From NCBI GenBank assembly GCA_000320545.1, contig ADNK01001913.1, forward strand, positions 18,015-82,014: a stretch of 64,000 bases of DNA, in the 5' to 3' direction. A program made the position numbers and the translations under genes. This DNA comes from Bigelowiella natans CCMP2755. Taxonomy: Eukaryota; Protista; Cercozoa. How positions within the stretch are numbered: the first letter of the stretch is position 1; each line of letters opens with the position of its first letter. The notes under the pieces are model-generated. The model was not told the DNA's origin and did no database searches. It was given only the letters and a program-made list of their open reading frames with translations. Positions 27,153 through 40,817 of the stretch are shown here, one piece after another.

Positions 27153-28160
27153 GTACTATGATATCGCCGTGCAAGTGAAGTCATTCGCCTCGCGCAATCA
27201 GCTTGCCGTGAGCCAGGAAGATATAGATAAGGTAGCATACGATGATCATTAGTCGCCACTTCTTAAATAGGCCTGAGGGCTGCAAAAATGCCGAAGACGG
27301 GGAGGGGGGGCGGGGAGTTACTAGTAGAGATGTTTTCTTTTGATTTGAATATTCTCGCTTAAGATCTAGATTTTGCTGCAGATACCGCTAATTTGAATAT
27401 TTTAAGTTTTGGGCGCCCACTGGCTTCAATAACAGCGAGAGATGCAATTTTCGCACATGTGCAGACGACTGATGAAGAGCTTGCTCTTTGATGATGCAAC
27501 AACAGGCCATGGAGCTGGAGTTTGATCGGACGTATATAACCACAATCGGTGTGTGTTCTTCCCTTTCGCGTCGTTTGGCTAGTATTTTTCCAATGCACTA
27601 GTGTTGTGCATACAGCAGCGTTAAGACTCTGCATTGATTGTTACTTCGCTCGCCATTTCTTTGTCGACCGAGCTCCTTCCTTGCCTCGTCTCCTCCCCTG
27701 AACATATTTCTTGCTTGCAATTGCGTGTGGCAGGGGTCGCCAACAACCGCATCTACAATCTTCGGCTGCAAACAGGTTGGGGCATTTATATTGTGTCACC
27801 CGACTACATAGCACGCTCACACAAAAGGCTGTAAATCAAGCATTACTGCATGTCATTCTGGTGTTGTGGTACAATATGTGCGTTGGGAGTGTACCGAATA
27901 ATATCAGTGGTTTTCCCTAAACTTCGCAGTCCGAGCTTGCTATAACAATCCTCTTATATCAACGCTCGTCGCAAATATTGCAGGCACAAGTGCTTACGCG
28001 AGAAGTAAAGGCAACGCATTCCGAACCATCCAGGACTCCTTCGAGGTACATTCTGCTCATCTTACGTGCGCTGCTATTGGTGTGACCCTTTCCCGGGAGA
28101 GAAGAACTTCCCTCCACACACCAACTGCAGACGCGGCGTCGCTCATTCATTTTTCCTAAT
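25051..28160 (+). CDS. PPD1: PsbP domain-containing protein 1, thylakoid lumen, with signal peptide + transit peptide + twin-arginine signal
   Basis: Leader RRTIAGWLVLIATASTFFAAAI..; RRREMLQTMLLAAGSLYLPSAFPLRALA; GYKFVVPDFW; DEFMSTRIG|VKRESNIVSA; YYDIAVQVKSFASRNQLAV; GVANNRIYNLRLQT; DSF. The 3' end is approximate. Confidence 0.88.
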
Positions 28161-28736
28161 CGCCCAATGGCCTGTGATGCCCTCTAGGTGCTGACTGTGA
28201 AGTGCCCTAGTTTGACGAGTTGCAAGCCCAATGGGGCGAAAATCGTCAAGGAGCTGCCAGTGGAACAACCATAACAGAGACTGCGCACATCCAAAAGCCG
28301 GAGAATCTACCACGCTAGCATGCATGCATGTATCTTACTACATGTTATTCCGTGCAGCAAAGCAGAGTAATGATGCGGACACATGAGAGCACGTGCGCTC
28401 TAGCTAGCTAGCACTACCGATTTTTCATACCAATAAGCCAATGCGCGACACACATACTGCTAGACTGCTGTAAATTGCAATTTTTGTTGGTATTAGGTGT
28501 AGCGATATACATGTGAAGCAGCATGTAGACTATTTGCTGCCATTTTTTACTACAACGCTTTCTGTGCATGATTTGTGAGTATAGCATGCAAAGTAGAGAT
28601 AAACTACACCACATAAATATCCTCCATGAGCTAGATGAGCGACATGTCTTACTGTTTAAGCAAAGCATAGCTCGTGCGTCAAAGAGATAATACGTCAATG
28701 TCACGTCTTTAGATAACTTTATGTGATTAGTGCAGC

Positions 28737-28780
<44 letters not shown>

Positions 28781-28830
28781 AAGTTGCACACATATACGGT
28801 ACTAAAAGTAATCTGTTAAAGGCGTGCTTA

Positions 28831-28873
<43 letters not shown>

Positions 28874-29514
28874 TCTGTCATACGTTAACAATATTTATAA
28901 TCATGTTTACTCAAGTTCGTCTTTAATTTTTACAAAGAGAAATCCTTTGGCCATGTTCAGCTGCATAAGCACGTAGCACTAAGCATAGAACTGCAGAGGC
29001 CCTGGCCCTAACTTCGCATGTATATTTTTATGATATTCTGTCTGTCTCTCGAAACTGATTGTATGCAACTTGCCGTCTTTACATATACTCAAATGCTCTC
29101 CTGCGCCTCCAAAAAAGGGGTATTGATTGAGCGGTAAAATTTGCCTTGTTTTCCCTTCAACATCACCAACAGCTTTGACGGATGGTAATGACTGTAAATG
29201 ATGATGGCTGTGGTGAGGGGGAAGGGGTTATGATGGCACTGAAGAAGTAGTCTTCTCGCATATAGAAGCGCGGGGAAGGAACTAGTGCGGGTTGTGCAAA
29301 GTGCATCGCTCCGATGTTCGGGGTGGTAGTTTTTGAGTGAAAGCCCGAGGTGGGAACGTGCGTTTATTTAAACAAGTAGACCGAGTTGTTGATTTACATT
29401 ATTGGTTTTTGGGTAGATTGGCAGATGGGGGGGGAGGGGGGGGGGGGGGGGTAAGTGGCTTGTTCGGAGTCTTGAAGGGTGAAGAGGCTGCCTATATCCA
29501 TCCAATAATCAACA

Positions 29515-32300
29515 TTATGTACTGCTACTTCTCGCGCCTTCATTACTACTACTTCCTCCGCCATCTGCAGCATTGCCGCTACTACTCGTTTGAGAGGGCT
29601 GCTCCTGCCCGCTTCCCCCACCCCCCTCTTCTTGCTGCTGCTGCTGCGAGTTGGTGAAGCTCCTTGCCACAATCGACGTGAATATCTTCTTCGCCATCTT
29701 GAGGCGCTCGCATGTCTTCGTCTCCTGCAGCAGCACAACAGCGCGGTGCCCCATGCGGGAGAAGGTCGTCACGAGCGCGGCGAACCAGAATGACCACCGC
29801 ATGGGCTCGGAGGACGGGTCGGGCTGCTCTCCGATGTGGTGTGCGATTTGCTGGCAAAGGCCGGGAACCTTCTCCAGGAATGCGTTGGAGAGCTGCACCG
29901 TGGCTTTGAGTTCCTGCTCGTCCACGGCCTTGTTCTCCTCCTCGTAAGGCGTGAAGGTGCAATACGCGAGTCCCTGGGTGCCCTCTTCCACCCACGATTT
30001 CGTGACCTTGTTTTTGTGTCGAGAAAGACGAGGCATAACGGAGGGAGGGAGGGGGGGGGGGGGGTCCGTCATTACACGTGGGGAGGAGGAGGGGAAGGAG
30101 GAGGAATAGCAGCGTATAACAGGCCTCGACGGCGGCATGTAGCTGAATAAAGCCAGAAGTAACAGTAACATGTGCAGCAGCATATTCAGTGTATAGCTCT
30201 CTGTGAGTACCTTGACTCTGTCCTGGAGAGTAGCTTTGAGCAGGGCACGGCCATCGGGGAGGAACTCGCATTCGTCCACATGAGCCATGAGCCCCAGGTC
30301 TCCTTCAGACGCCTGGAAATGGAGGTTATTGCGGTGGTGCTGGTGGTGAGGATGATGATGATGATGACGATGATGATGATGATGACAGTGGTGAACGAGA
30401 ATGAAGCGGCGTATAAGCAGCCCTAGTCGTCAGTGGCAACTCGTCTCGCTGCTATTGTACACGCCTCTGCACATCTGATCTGGAAATATTCGCGAAACCC
30501 CTTTTGGCACTGCCACCACCACTGAAACTTTGTTACGTCGTACGCGCGCGCGCACACGAACACGTGCATGAAAGAATATGTGCACGGCTATGGACGCACG
30601 CATAAACGCACGCGTAAACAGTTTGTGACCTTGTAGTCCGAGAAGTTCGGTAGGTATATGAACTTGCGATTGGATGAGATACATCGGTTTATCATGTGCC
30701 GGTATCTTTGCTCAAACAGGTGAAGGTGCAGTAAGGAGCCTGACCGGGTTTGTGAGGAGGGCGGAGGATGGGTGAGAAGAAAGAGGTGTTAGGGAGGTGT
30801 AGCAGCGAAGCTATAGCAGCAGCAGCAGCAGCAGCAATAGCACCTGGGAAAAGAACATTGTTGTAGAAGAATATTGGAAGTGTGCTCTCAAACGTGCTCA
30901 TGTCCTTTTTGGCCTCGTTTTGTCGCTGTTTTGCACATGTGTTGCCATTTAGCTCGATGAAACACGCATTCAAGAGATTCGGATGGGGACTGAAATCATC
31001 GGTAATTTATGCGGAGCGGAATGGCAATCCCGTCTGCGCACTACCGACGGGTGTTGGGGTTTAGGTGAGATTCGGCGTGGGTCAGTGGCCCTTTGTTATG
31101 GAAGTGTTCTCTTCTAGGTTTAGCCATGCCCCAAACAAGGAATACACCACTGTTAGAAACCCCTTTCGATAGACGCAACATGCCCTCTGTGATTCATCAG
31201 CAACGACGTTGTTACTCGAATAAAATTCGCTTTGCCGTCTCCCCACCCACCCCAAATCTTCCTCTTTTTCATCATCAAGGGAAGAAAACTGACCTCCTTG
31301 TATAGCTCTGGAAATGTCCTCCGAGCAACGTTCGCAAGCATGATGTTGGCAGCATGCTGGAAAAAGGATGAATACCAGATTAACGCTCAAGATCAAAAAT
31401 CCAACACGGACAACACGTACAAATACACGTACACGAGCGTACATCTATACACGCAAATTCATTCGCATAAGCACAAGTTTATTTGGTGTAAACGAATGCG
31501 CTTCAGTAAAAGAGAGAAAGAGAGAAAAAAAAAGTTTACAAAAAATGTGGTAATCCAATCCCCTTCGCCTCTCCTTCTAATCCTCCGTCCTCTTCCTACC
31601 GTGGAGGGGTCGATGTGACATACCGCCCTGCAGTTAGGGCACTTCTTCTTAGATCGTTGCAAAGCATGACACAAGCACACCTGAAAAAACAACAAAGGAA
31701 GGAATGGAGACAAAGCCAGACATCGACGCCACTTAGACTGCGACTATCCCTAACTACTACTACTGTTCTACTTTACCCCCCCCACACCCCTCTACTCTAT
31801 GAACAATGTGTCAAAGACTAACCCGGCAGAACGAATGGCCGCACGCGAGGGAGATAGGCTCGGATATTAAGTTCAGGCACAGAGGGCATGTGAGCATCTC
31901 CATCAGCTAAGAGGAAGGGGGGCAAAAGAAGCCAACACGCACAACGGGTGGGAGCACACGATATCAATAAATGAGTATCAAACTACACTCGAAGGTATTA
32001 GTCGGAAAATGCTGCATCCGCTAGCCCCCCGCTTACTCCTACCTCTTTGTTTTACGTGTTTAGAAGCAGCGACACAAATAATACTTGGAGGGGGGGGGAT
32101 ACGAAGGTTACACCGTATCCAATACCTCCTTTTTCGAAGAGTCCTGAGAATTGCACGAGGATCCCGTTGACGAGGAAGTCCTTATTGAAGAAGATTTTCT
32201 ATCTCCAGAGAGCTGGGAAGAGGGCCGCGAAACATTTGGAGGGGCTGCTTCTTCAACCTCTGGAGAATTACGTCATGGTAACACCAGAGGTAATAATAGC
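29515..32300 (-). CDS. LON peptidase N-terminal domain and RING finger protein (LONRF-like E3 ligase)
   Basis: [28 protein letters not shown]|[18 protein letters not shown]; [46 protein letters not shown]. The 5' end is unresolved (may extend to ~32.7 kb). Confidence 0.85.
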
Positions 32301-32999
32301 ATTATGAGGATTGACACGGCGGGTAGAGAAACATATCGCTTATACATCCGAATATTTACCCTACAATCACCCTTTTCTGTACTGATCCTCGAAATTCCTT
32401 AAAGCTGACCTCCCGCAAGAAAATTGTATATCCCCACACCATCCCCTCAATCAGCAGCCTCGGACCAATTACCCATTATATCCGAAGAAGTTTACGAAGT
32501 GTTCTATCAGTTTTTGGGCTCTCCTCAGCAGAATGGTGCTCCCCCAGCAGATTACGCCGGAAAACTCGTGGAGGGGGACACGAAGATTGGATCTGTGGCA
32601 CGAAATATATGGGTTAAGGCTCGTAGTTGAGTTATAGCTTAAAATGCTTCCATTATCTTCCTACGACAACCTTCAATCAATAAAATTCTAAGCTGAATTG
32701 CTCCCTTCTTCTCTTGTCGCGCGACCTATTCATGGCGCCTTCGCGGCCCGCTCATTCGTCGATTTGGGTAAAATCATAAATGTCCCGGCGAACTTTGGAA
32801 CTAAATCTCCTTCATTCCTGCGAAACATCGATGACTTCCGGTGCAGGTAGCGAGAATCATTCGAAATTTTCGGTGAAAGCAACCAAAATTATTCCGATGG
32901 GAAAATTGTGGTGACGGAAACTGCAAGACAAATCTCATGTTTACATCCGGTGATGCAGGCCTGAATGTTTGCCAACGGCAAGGATCTGAACGGGACGAA

Positions 33000-35940
33000 A
33001 TGAAATGCGTGCACAATATTTCTAAAGAATTCTCTATTTTATCCGCCCATGCAATCTTACATAAAACGAGAAGTGGTGAGCGCAGTGCGCCGCTTGCTCT
33101 TGTCCCCTTTTACTTCAAAACGAATGGTGTACACTCGTACACAGTGGCGTGCAAGTCGTTCATTTATTTTACGTGCATCCGCTTGGGTTCGCATGCGGGT
33201 GAAGTACGAAATGAGATGAAGACCGAATTTAACCCTTTCGTCACGAACAAATGATCGATCTAAATTTTGAGGTAAAAAAACCCAAAAAGAAAAAGGATCG
33301 GGATTCACCATAAAATTTCCGATTAATTTCTAAGGAACGACAACGAATATTCATTGTCGCAATTCTACAATTGACACGTGACTACGAAGTCCACTTACTC
33401 CCGAGAGAAGGCAATCCCTACGTCCCGCCCCCCTTTCCCCGCTTTCGTGCTAACTTGCTTCCAGTTCGAACGACGGATCGTTTGGTTCGCGGATCTATCT
33501 CAAGCGCATGCTGGTTTGAATTTGTTTCGCCTGCGTGTCAGGGCGATTCAGTGCAAATTGAGTGCAGCCCTGAAAGCATGACTACTTTTCCTTGCAACTT
33601 CATTAACTTCCCACAAGCTTTCCCTATTCATCCTTTCAAATACCACCCGTTACATTCATAGGCTGCTGATAGACTGGTAATTCAGTCGTCGCTAAAGCAA
33701 AATGCGATACAGTTGAAAGAGAAGGAGGTAGCATCGCATGTAGTGAGCACTTCTCTGCACGCACCCTTCGAAGTTACAGATCCCCCTCCTTTCTGCTTCG
33801 TTTGTTAAATGGAAAATGGAAGGATAGCCATACTGCTCTTTTGAGGGTTGATGGTATCGTTGATTTCCCTCTTCCTTCTCCAACCTCGCTGCTGTGCTTG
33901 TTATTATCAGCTGAATCTGCACAACACCAACTTCGGTAGCCTCGGAACGCAGTCGGCTGTGTTAGCTGGCTTCGCTGTCACCGCTCTCATAGAATTTGGC
34001 CCGCCCCCAGAGCCTCGAAATAAGTAGCAGCTAGAGATGATTAGCGAGTTGCATTATTGCGATAGAAGCTGAGATATGGCTGCTGCTGCTGCTGCTGCTG
34101 CTGGAACCTGTAGGTATCTTGAGCTGGCATACTATGCGTGCGTAATTACAAGCTTGGTGACGAATTTATACTGTGTCGCTGGCTCCACATTCCTCAGTGT
34201 CTTTGCCACGAATTTAGCTCTTCGAGGTATGCGCGCACGCCACGTGTAGCGGTGTATGTTTCTACTTTTATCTCAAATAAACCGCAAGGCGAGTTGACGA
34301 AAACGTGGTTGTTTTGTTAAACTGTTGCGATATGCCTTTTCTCTGCGGTTTTGATAATCTGCCGGACTAGAACATCGGTGCTAGTTTTTTCCCAACTCGA
34401 TTTTTTTTTCTCCAATATCAAAGAATTCGCAGTAGTTTATATGTGTCGGTAGTCAGTTCTCAATCACGGGTTTAAACGGCATTCCAGGTCCCGACGGGTC
34501 TGTAGAAAGAGCGGTGGAGGGCATGCATGAAGAGAGGTTCGCAGACACAATGATAATGATACTACAACGCATCAGCGGATAATAGTGTTGGCAATTACAA
34601 CGACATATGCGTGCTTTGCTGCACTTGAGAGGAGAGAGGAATAAGATGGTGGAGTGCGCACAGCCATAGCCAATTCGACATGAAATTCGGTATACAATTG
34701 AGGAAGATGGTAACCTCCATTTTTTGCCGGCTTGGCCCCTCTGTTTTCTATCTTTGTTAATAATCTCCATAATCCAATTTTGTTTTTGGTTTGAAGGAGG
34801 AATGTCTTCGCCGCGTTCGCAGCGGGTCTCGCATCCCTGCTCCTTGGAATGGTGAATGTGCACAAAACATCTCTCAACTGATACTTTCTAACGCCAAAAG
34901 AAGCAGCACAAGCCTGTTGTTACACACACGCGCAAAGTTGTGATCATATCTAACACTGCCATAATCACAGATATTTGTTGCTTGGCTGCTAATGTCCTCC
35001 GAGGCAGCTCTTCTGTCGACCTTCATTGTCGCGTGCGTAGAGTGTTCTGCATGCATCAGAATAACGATGTGCAGTATTTTATGCAATTCTGATGGCATTT
35101 GACACACGTTTACATGTTTTGTTCCGTGGCGTGAACGTCGGGCATGCTGTGGTATAAACATCATCCGTGTAGTATTTCTATGCGATCATGTTTCCCATCA
35201 ATGAATATGTAGTACAGTGTGATTTACATGTAGTACGATATCCATCTGCGTTTGTGTGGTTGTGTTCTCTCTTTCTCTCCCTTTTATGTGCGTGTGTGTG
35301 TGTGTGTATGTGTGTATGTGTGTGACGCAGATATGGAGGCTACGTGACATACTGCTTTGGAAAACGAACTGCGAAGATGTTTGCTTTCTCGGAAGAGGTA
35401 GTTCATCATGATTATGATCATATGATGACGATGGTAATAGTGATGATAATAACGATGTTGATAATCCGCCATATTGTCGTGACAAGTGTGATGCTGTCGT
35501 ACTATGTGCTGCAACTATAACTATAACGCAGGATCGGAAGGAAATAGACGATTTCGTATCTACGGTGAGTAGAAAGAGGCGAATTGACTTCGGACTAGAG
35601 GGGAATGGGGGAAGGATACATATATGTATAAATAGAGAACTATAAATAGTTTTTTCATATATTTATAAATGTTCCATATCGTTGCAATGAAGCCTACTAG
35701 CTGGAAAAACAGAGGCCATGCACGCGCTCAGCGTGCTCCTTATCAGCACTTCAGAGACAATAAAAACACTTTTCCAAATCCCAAAGTAATCATCGTGTGC
35801 CCTTGAAATTGCATCCTTATTTTGCCCGTTCAACAAAAAAGGTTGTTTCGAGGTTTCCGTTGATTGCAAGGAGGCCAATGATGATGAACGCTGCTCCTGC
35901 TGCCAGCGAAGAAAAAAAAGAAGTTTGAAGTTTTATCAAT
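33000..35940 (+). CDS. Hypothetical gene built from many very short exons
   Basis: Run of AG..GT/GC-bounded segments, several phase-consistent (e.g. RIIVLAITTTY|AQFDMKFGIQLRKM|EECLRRVRSGSRIPAPWN|DICCLAANVLR; YGGYVTYCFGKRTAKMFAFSEE|DRKEIDDFVST). No family recognised; ends approximate. Confidence 0.4.
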
Positions 35941-36642
35941 ACACTTGTGGTTTTAACGTGGAGTTGAAAGGATCGTCGTAATACACTCGTTGCCTTCAAG
36001 AGTTAGCCTACCGAGGTCTAAATGCCATTTTATAAGGATACATCTTGTATTCATTAAAGGGACAACATATTGTAGAATATGTAGACACAACGTTTACATT
36101 GTGTGTATTATACGCAGTACTTAAACATCTGCATGCAAACTGCGTCTACTGTGTAGCTGCTTGGCCACATGAGGTGGAATCGATGATTGAGTGAGCATTC
36201 TGAAACCATTTGTTTGTTCTATGCACAGCGCGTGCAAGCAGCATACTAATCGCTGCTCTGTCACATCGCATCGATCACGACTTGTGCACGGTCTGGTATC
36301 TTGACGCGCGGTAGTGCAGCTAGAGAACAAATTGATGGTTTCAAAATTTTCACGTGATCATCGCACCGATTCGATCCACTTCATGCATGTGGCCGAATAG
36401 CTTGCAAGATGCACAGTGAACACGGTTATAACATGCAGACGCTCAAATGTGCAACACACAACACGCTATGTGATCATGCTGAATGCAATCATCTAGCATG
36501 AACAATACTTGCACATATGCGCATATACGCATGTCCATATCATGCACATTTACATGTAAATAATGTAAGATAGAATTAATAATCAAATTTCATGTACATG
36601 CATGTTTGCATGCATATGTCTATAGCTAGATAGATGTGAGTG

Positions 36643-36683
<41 letters not shown>

Positions 36684-36738
36684 ACATATGTGTATAATAT
36701 ATATGCTATTACTGCGTCTATAATGTGTATGTACATAT

Positions 36739-36777
<39 letters not shown>

Positions 36778-36911
36778 CATGTATGTACACATCTAGACAT
36801 GTCAACACGTGTGCACATATGTGCACAGTGTCTACAATGTGATTTTTGCCTTGCTACGGCACGTCATGTCCATATAATAGACATAGTAATATAATATAAC
36901 TATAGACATTG

Positions 36912-36950
<39 letters not shown>

Positions 36951-37328
36951 TTATGTTACATTACGTTGTCTAAAATCCATCACTGCGACGTCGCAAGGTC
37001 CCCGAACGGGTATGAATAGTAGATCCAGCATAGTTTCTAGTAATGGCCCTCCACCCCCTCATGTTTGTAGTCGTTATTCGTACATAGCTGCACTCAGTGG
37101 ACAGCATGATTGTGCGGTACACATGCCACAAGTCATTTTGGTTGGTTTTGCATGCTGTGATTTCATAGGAACCCCTACTCTAATCAATAAGTGTAATTTA
37201 TCACAAGACCTGCACATCTAAGTTGTACTTGAGCCCAGAAAACCTCATGTCTGTGCTCACATGCATTCGATTTGTGCTTGGGCATTTCGGCGAGCATAAC
37301 CCTATCCCATGACGATTATGTCTCCGTT

Positions 37329-37900
37329 TTACATGCCTTCCAGTAGCAGATACACGCCAACGCCAACTGTAATAGCTGTAATGACCGCAGTTGCAACAAG
37401 TGAATACAGCATTTTCCTGCAAAATTCTTCATCGACTTCCGCTTCAAAGCGCCTGCGGGCATCTCCCCTCTGTCGCTGCTTCTTATTGGCCCTGTCACCT
37501 CTTACCAGCTTCGAAAGATTAATGGATATCATTCGAAAATTGTCGGCCGTGTTTTATAATAGTTGACAATCTTCCTCCGACGCGTGTAGCTTAGAATTGC
37601 ACATTGGAATCACGCATCGTACGCCGAGTCGGCAGTGCTCCACTCCAGCTGAGACGAGGACAAGCGATTGAGAATTGCTGTTACTGATCATGTCGTTCTT
37701 AGTTGATGATGAAAGCAACAACTTGGGATCTCGATCAATAATTCTTCGGATTGGAGTTGTCGCAGGACAAAAACATCCTGTGATTCTTCTTGCACTGGTT
37801 GGTGCACTCAAAACTCATCACTCACATCTATCTGTTCTTGTTGCACGCACAAGTGCTTTGCTTCCCTTGCTTGCGTGCTGCTCAAGATGAAAAGATCGAA
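37329..37900 (-). CDS. Hypothetical tail-anchored membrane protein
   Basis: C-terminal exon ..RRRFEAEVDEEFCRKMLYSLVATAVITAITVGVGVYLLLEGM* ends in one TM helix; upstream exons unresolved. Confidence 0.4.
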
Positions 37901-38092
37901 GCACACCAAGGAGGAATACACAGGGAGAACAAAGAGATCAAGATTGCGCGAAGCCGCGCAGGTCATTGGTGAGAGGTGTTAGTGGTGGGGTCTAGACTGG
38001 TGAAGCACAGGCCCTCATCGGCTTCCACAATGAGCAGACGGCGAGAAAATGAAAACATTCGACTGTTCCTTCGTTTCTGTTCTTGGTGCTAA

Positions 38093-38959
38093 GTGATCAT
38101 TGACCATTTGGAGAGCCACTTTGAGATGGATGAAATCCGTATTTCACCTCTGGATCACAGGAAATGGATGAGCATGCAAGAGAGCCAACTGCGCAAGGTG
38201 AGGACGATGTGCAATGAAGAGTCAACGCATCATGTTCTGAAAAGCTGTGGTGTTGCTGACATGATGGTGCTGCTAACAACTGCCATTGTGATGATATTTC
38301 ATTGATGTAATCCATTTTTGTTTCTGGATTGGAATGAGCGCAAACCAGCAGTTGACAGTGGCGAAGGATCAATGGTGCAAGGTGTTCTGTGAGATTTTCA
38401 AGGCTGAGTGAGGAAGCAATGTGCACATCATGCATTGCTACGGTTTGATGGCGAATAATGAAATGAAGGGATGGTTGCAGTGCACTTGCACAAGCAGCTG
38501 AGCAGCAAGCAGAGGGGGCAGACAGACGGTGGTCTGTTTGGATTCTGTGATTCTGTGTTGATGTGTTGACCTGATTGTGCATGCATGCAGTGCAGGTCAG
38601 ACACATCACGCTAGCCAGGGGAAAGTGCCCAAACCACATGCGTCACGTGGCGATACATTGTGCTGCAGCAAGGCAGGCAGTCAGCCTTGCTTCCTTTGTT
38701 GGCACAAAGGAGCTGTTTGCAAGGTCAAGCTCCTTTGATCGATCAAGGCCAGAAGGGTTCGAAAGGTGGTCATTTGGACACCGCAAAGTTTCTGGTCAAT
38801 GCGAAGGCAAACATCGAGGCCAAGGATGCCCATGCCAGCATGGTGTGCAACACAATCCACCGCAGTGGTTTCGACTGCATTGAAGCTGCGCGGGATGATC
38901 AAAAAATCAGCTTCTGTGCGGCGCATGGTGGCCAATGGAACCAGACATCTAGGAAATGA
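38093..38959 (+). pseudogene. Decayed ankyrin-repeat gene
   Basis: GGHLDTAKFLVNAKANIEAKD ankyrin motif in a Tyr-free, His/Cys-rich, TpA-depleted fragment. Confidence 0.55.
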
Positions 38960-39742
38960 ACATGACCATTCAAGTGTTCATGCATCACTTGTTTCATCGT
39001 GCTTGTGTTCATTCACATTGCGACTTGTGTGCGTTCACATCACAAAAGGCGTGAGAGACAAACTTCAGGCTGGTCGGCCACGCTGCACGTGTGCATGCGC
39101 GAAATGCACGATGATCCAGATCGCGAAACAAGCTAGCAAGACGCATTTGTTTGATTGCATGAAACCCATTGCAGCTAGACAGTGCCGAGTGGAAACCAAC
39201 CAATTCAACACTGGCGCTGCATCATCAGCCGTTGCATTCTGGCATTGCACAGCTGCACAAGGACGCAACCTGACCGCATGATTGAACAAATTCAATTGAT
39301 CAATTGCATCGATCCGTCTTGCACACACACACATACACACACACACACACACATGAACATGCACACGTGTGTGCACATGCATTGCATTGTGTTCCTCTCA
39401 ATGATCATTTGACGCACAACATTGAAGTGCAGCAGCGAACACATGGATTGCTAGATTGTGTTTGTCAAATGAGATGCGAAGTGCTGCATTCTGCATTGAC
39501 ACACATTGATGCTAGAATGGCTTGAACATGACTAGATGATGATGGCACAACAATGACAGGTGCGAGGAGAAAGTCATATTTCCTGAGAATCCAGTCTCTG
39601 CTACCGCTCTCATCACAATGATCATCACGATGGCAGCGTTGAACATTGCTAATCACTTTCCCCAGCCTCGACCCTTGACCATTCTGCGCCATCACAGCGT
39701 GAAGACTCAGGCTGACTTCATGCCTTGTGCCTGCAATTTGCC

Positions 39743-40817
39743 CTATCCGAACAATGCTTGCGGGCAGAAAACATAAGAATAAAGATCTACGAAAGTGTTG
39801 TAAGTAAATGAAAGCCAGCCCTCCTCTTCGGAGACATTTTCGACCACTGTTCTGCAAATTGGGCAACTTTGTTCCTCTCTCAGCCAACGGAGGATGCACA
39901 TTGGATGATAGGCATGCCCACAAGAAAGAATCTTTCGGTTCAGGTCATACGTGATAGTATTACAACAGATTACGCAAAAAGTGTTGTGAGGGTAGCTTTT
40001 CCCTGCCTTTTGGCTTTTGGTGTCAATGGGCAAACGAATCCTCACACACACGTGAGATTCCATGACCGCGGAACCTTCTGCACAATGGCTTGACTCAAGC
40101 GAATTTCTCTTCTGTGTTAAATTTTTTTGCCGAAATTCTCTCTCATCCATAACAGGAAGAGCTTCTGTGCGAGGAAGGTTTTGAATTGTGGTTGCTTTTC
40201 GGACTTCGGAAGCTGCGCACCTGACACCGAAGAGGAAAAACAGTATTGTTTGACTTGCTCACAGGGCGTTTTCCACAAGTCGCAGATCGAAATTCTCGGA
40301 ATTTCACTTTCGGTTCGATAATATCTTCATGTCGCAGTACCAAAATTCATCCATATTTCTACATATTGAACCGCGCGTGCCTCAAAACCCAACGGAAATG
40401 CTCAAGTACCCGAATGTTTTCCAAATTCATGCGCGATTCATCAGTGCGACAACAGGAAATCCGTGTCGTCCGGATTCCAAGCATAGGAAGCCATGGCAGG
40501 GAATGGGCTCCCCTGCTCGCTCTGTCTCTTCTTAGTGGTATTATTCGCTGTGCGATAACATTCGACCGTCAGTGGGACATTGTTTCGATCATGTGGGGGA
40601 TGATGCAGTGTTGTTTAGAACTCCTTATAAATGAGAAAGTGAAAAATCTTCCTTCTATTTCCACATCTTACAGGTCTCCATTTCCGGAGCTACTGAATGG
40701 GTTAAATTCGATGTGTTCGAAACCGGCACGAGTTGCGGGAACTATGTCACTACGGTTTATGAGGAGATTGGTAAAATGTTCACTTTTCTTTTTGACAACA
40801 TTTCTGACTATCTCCAT
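39743..40817 (-). CDS. RING-H2 (C3H2C3) E3 ubiquitin ligase-like protein
   Basis: FCVICCNTI..ILSCGHAYHPMCILRWLREEQSCPICR. The start at 40817 is tentative. Confidence 0.8.
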
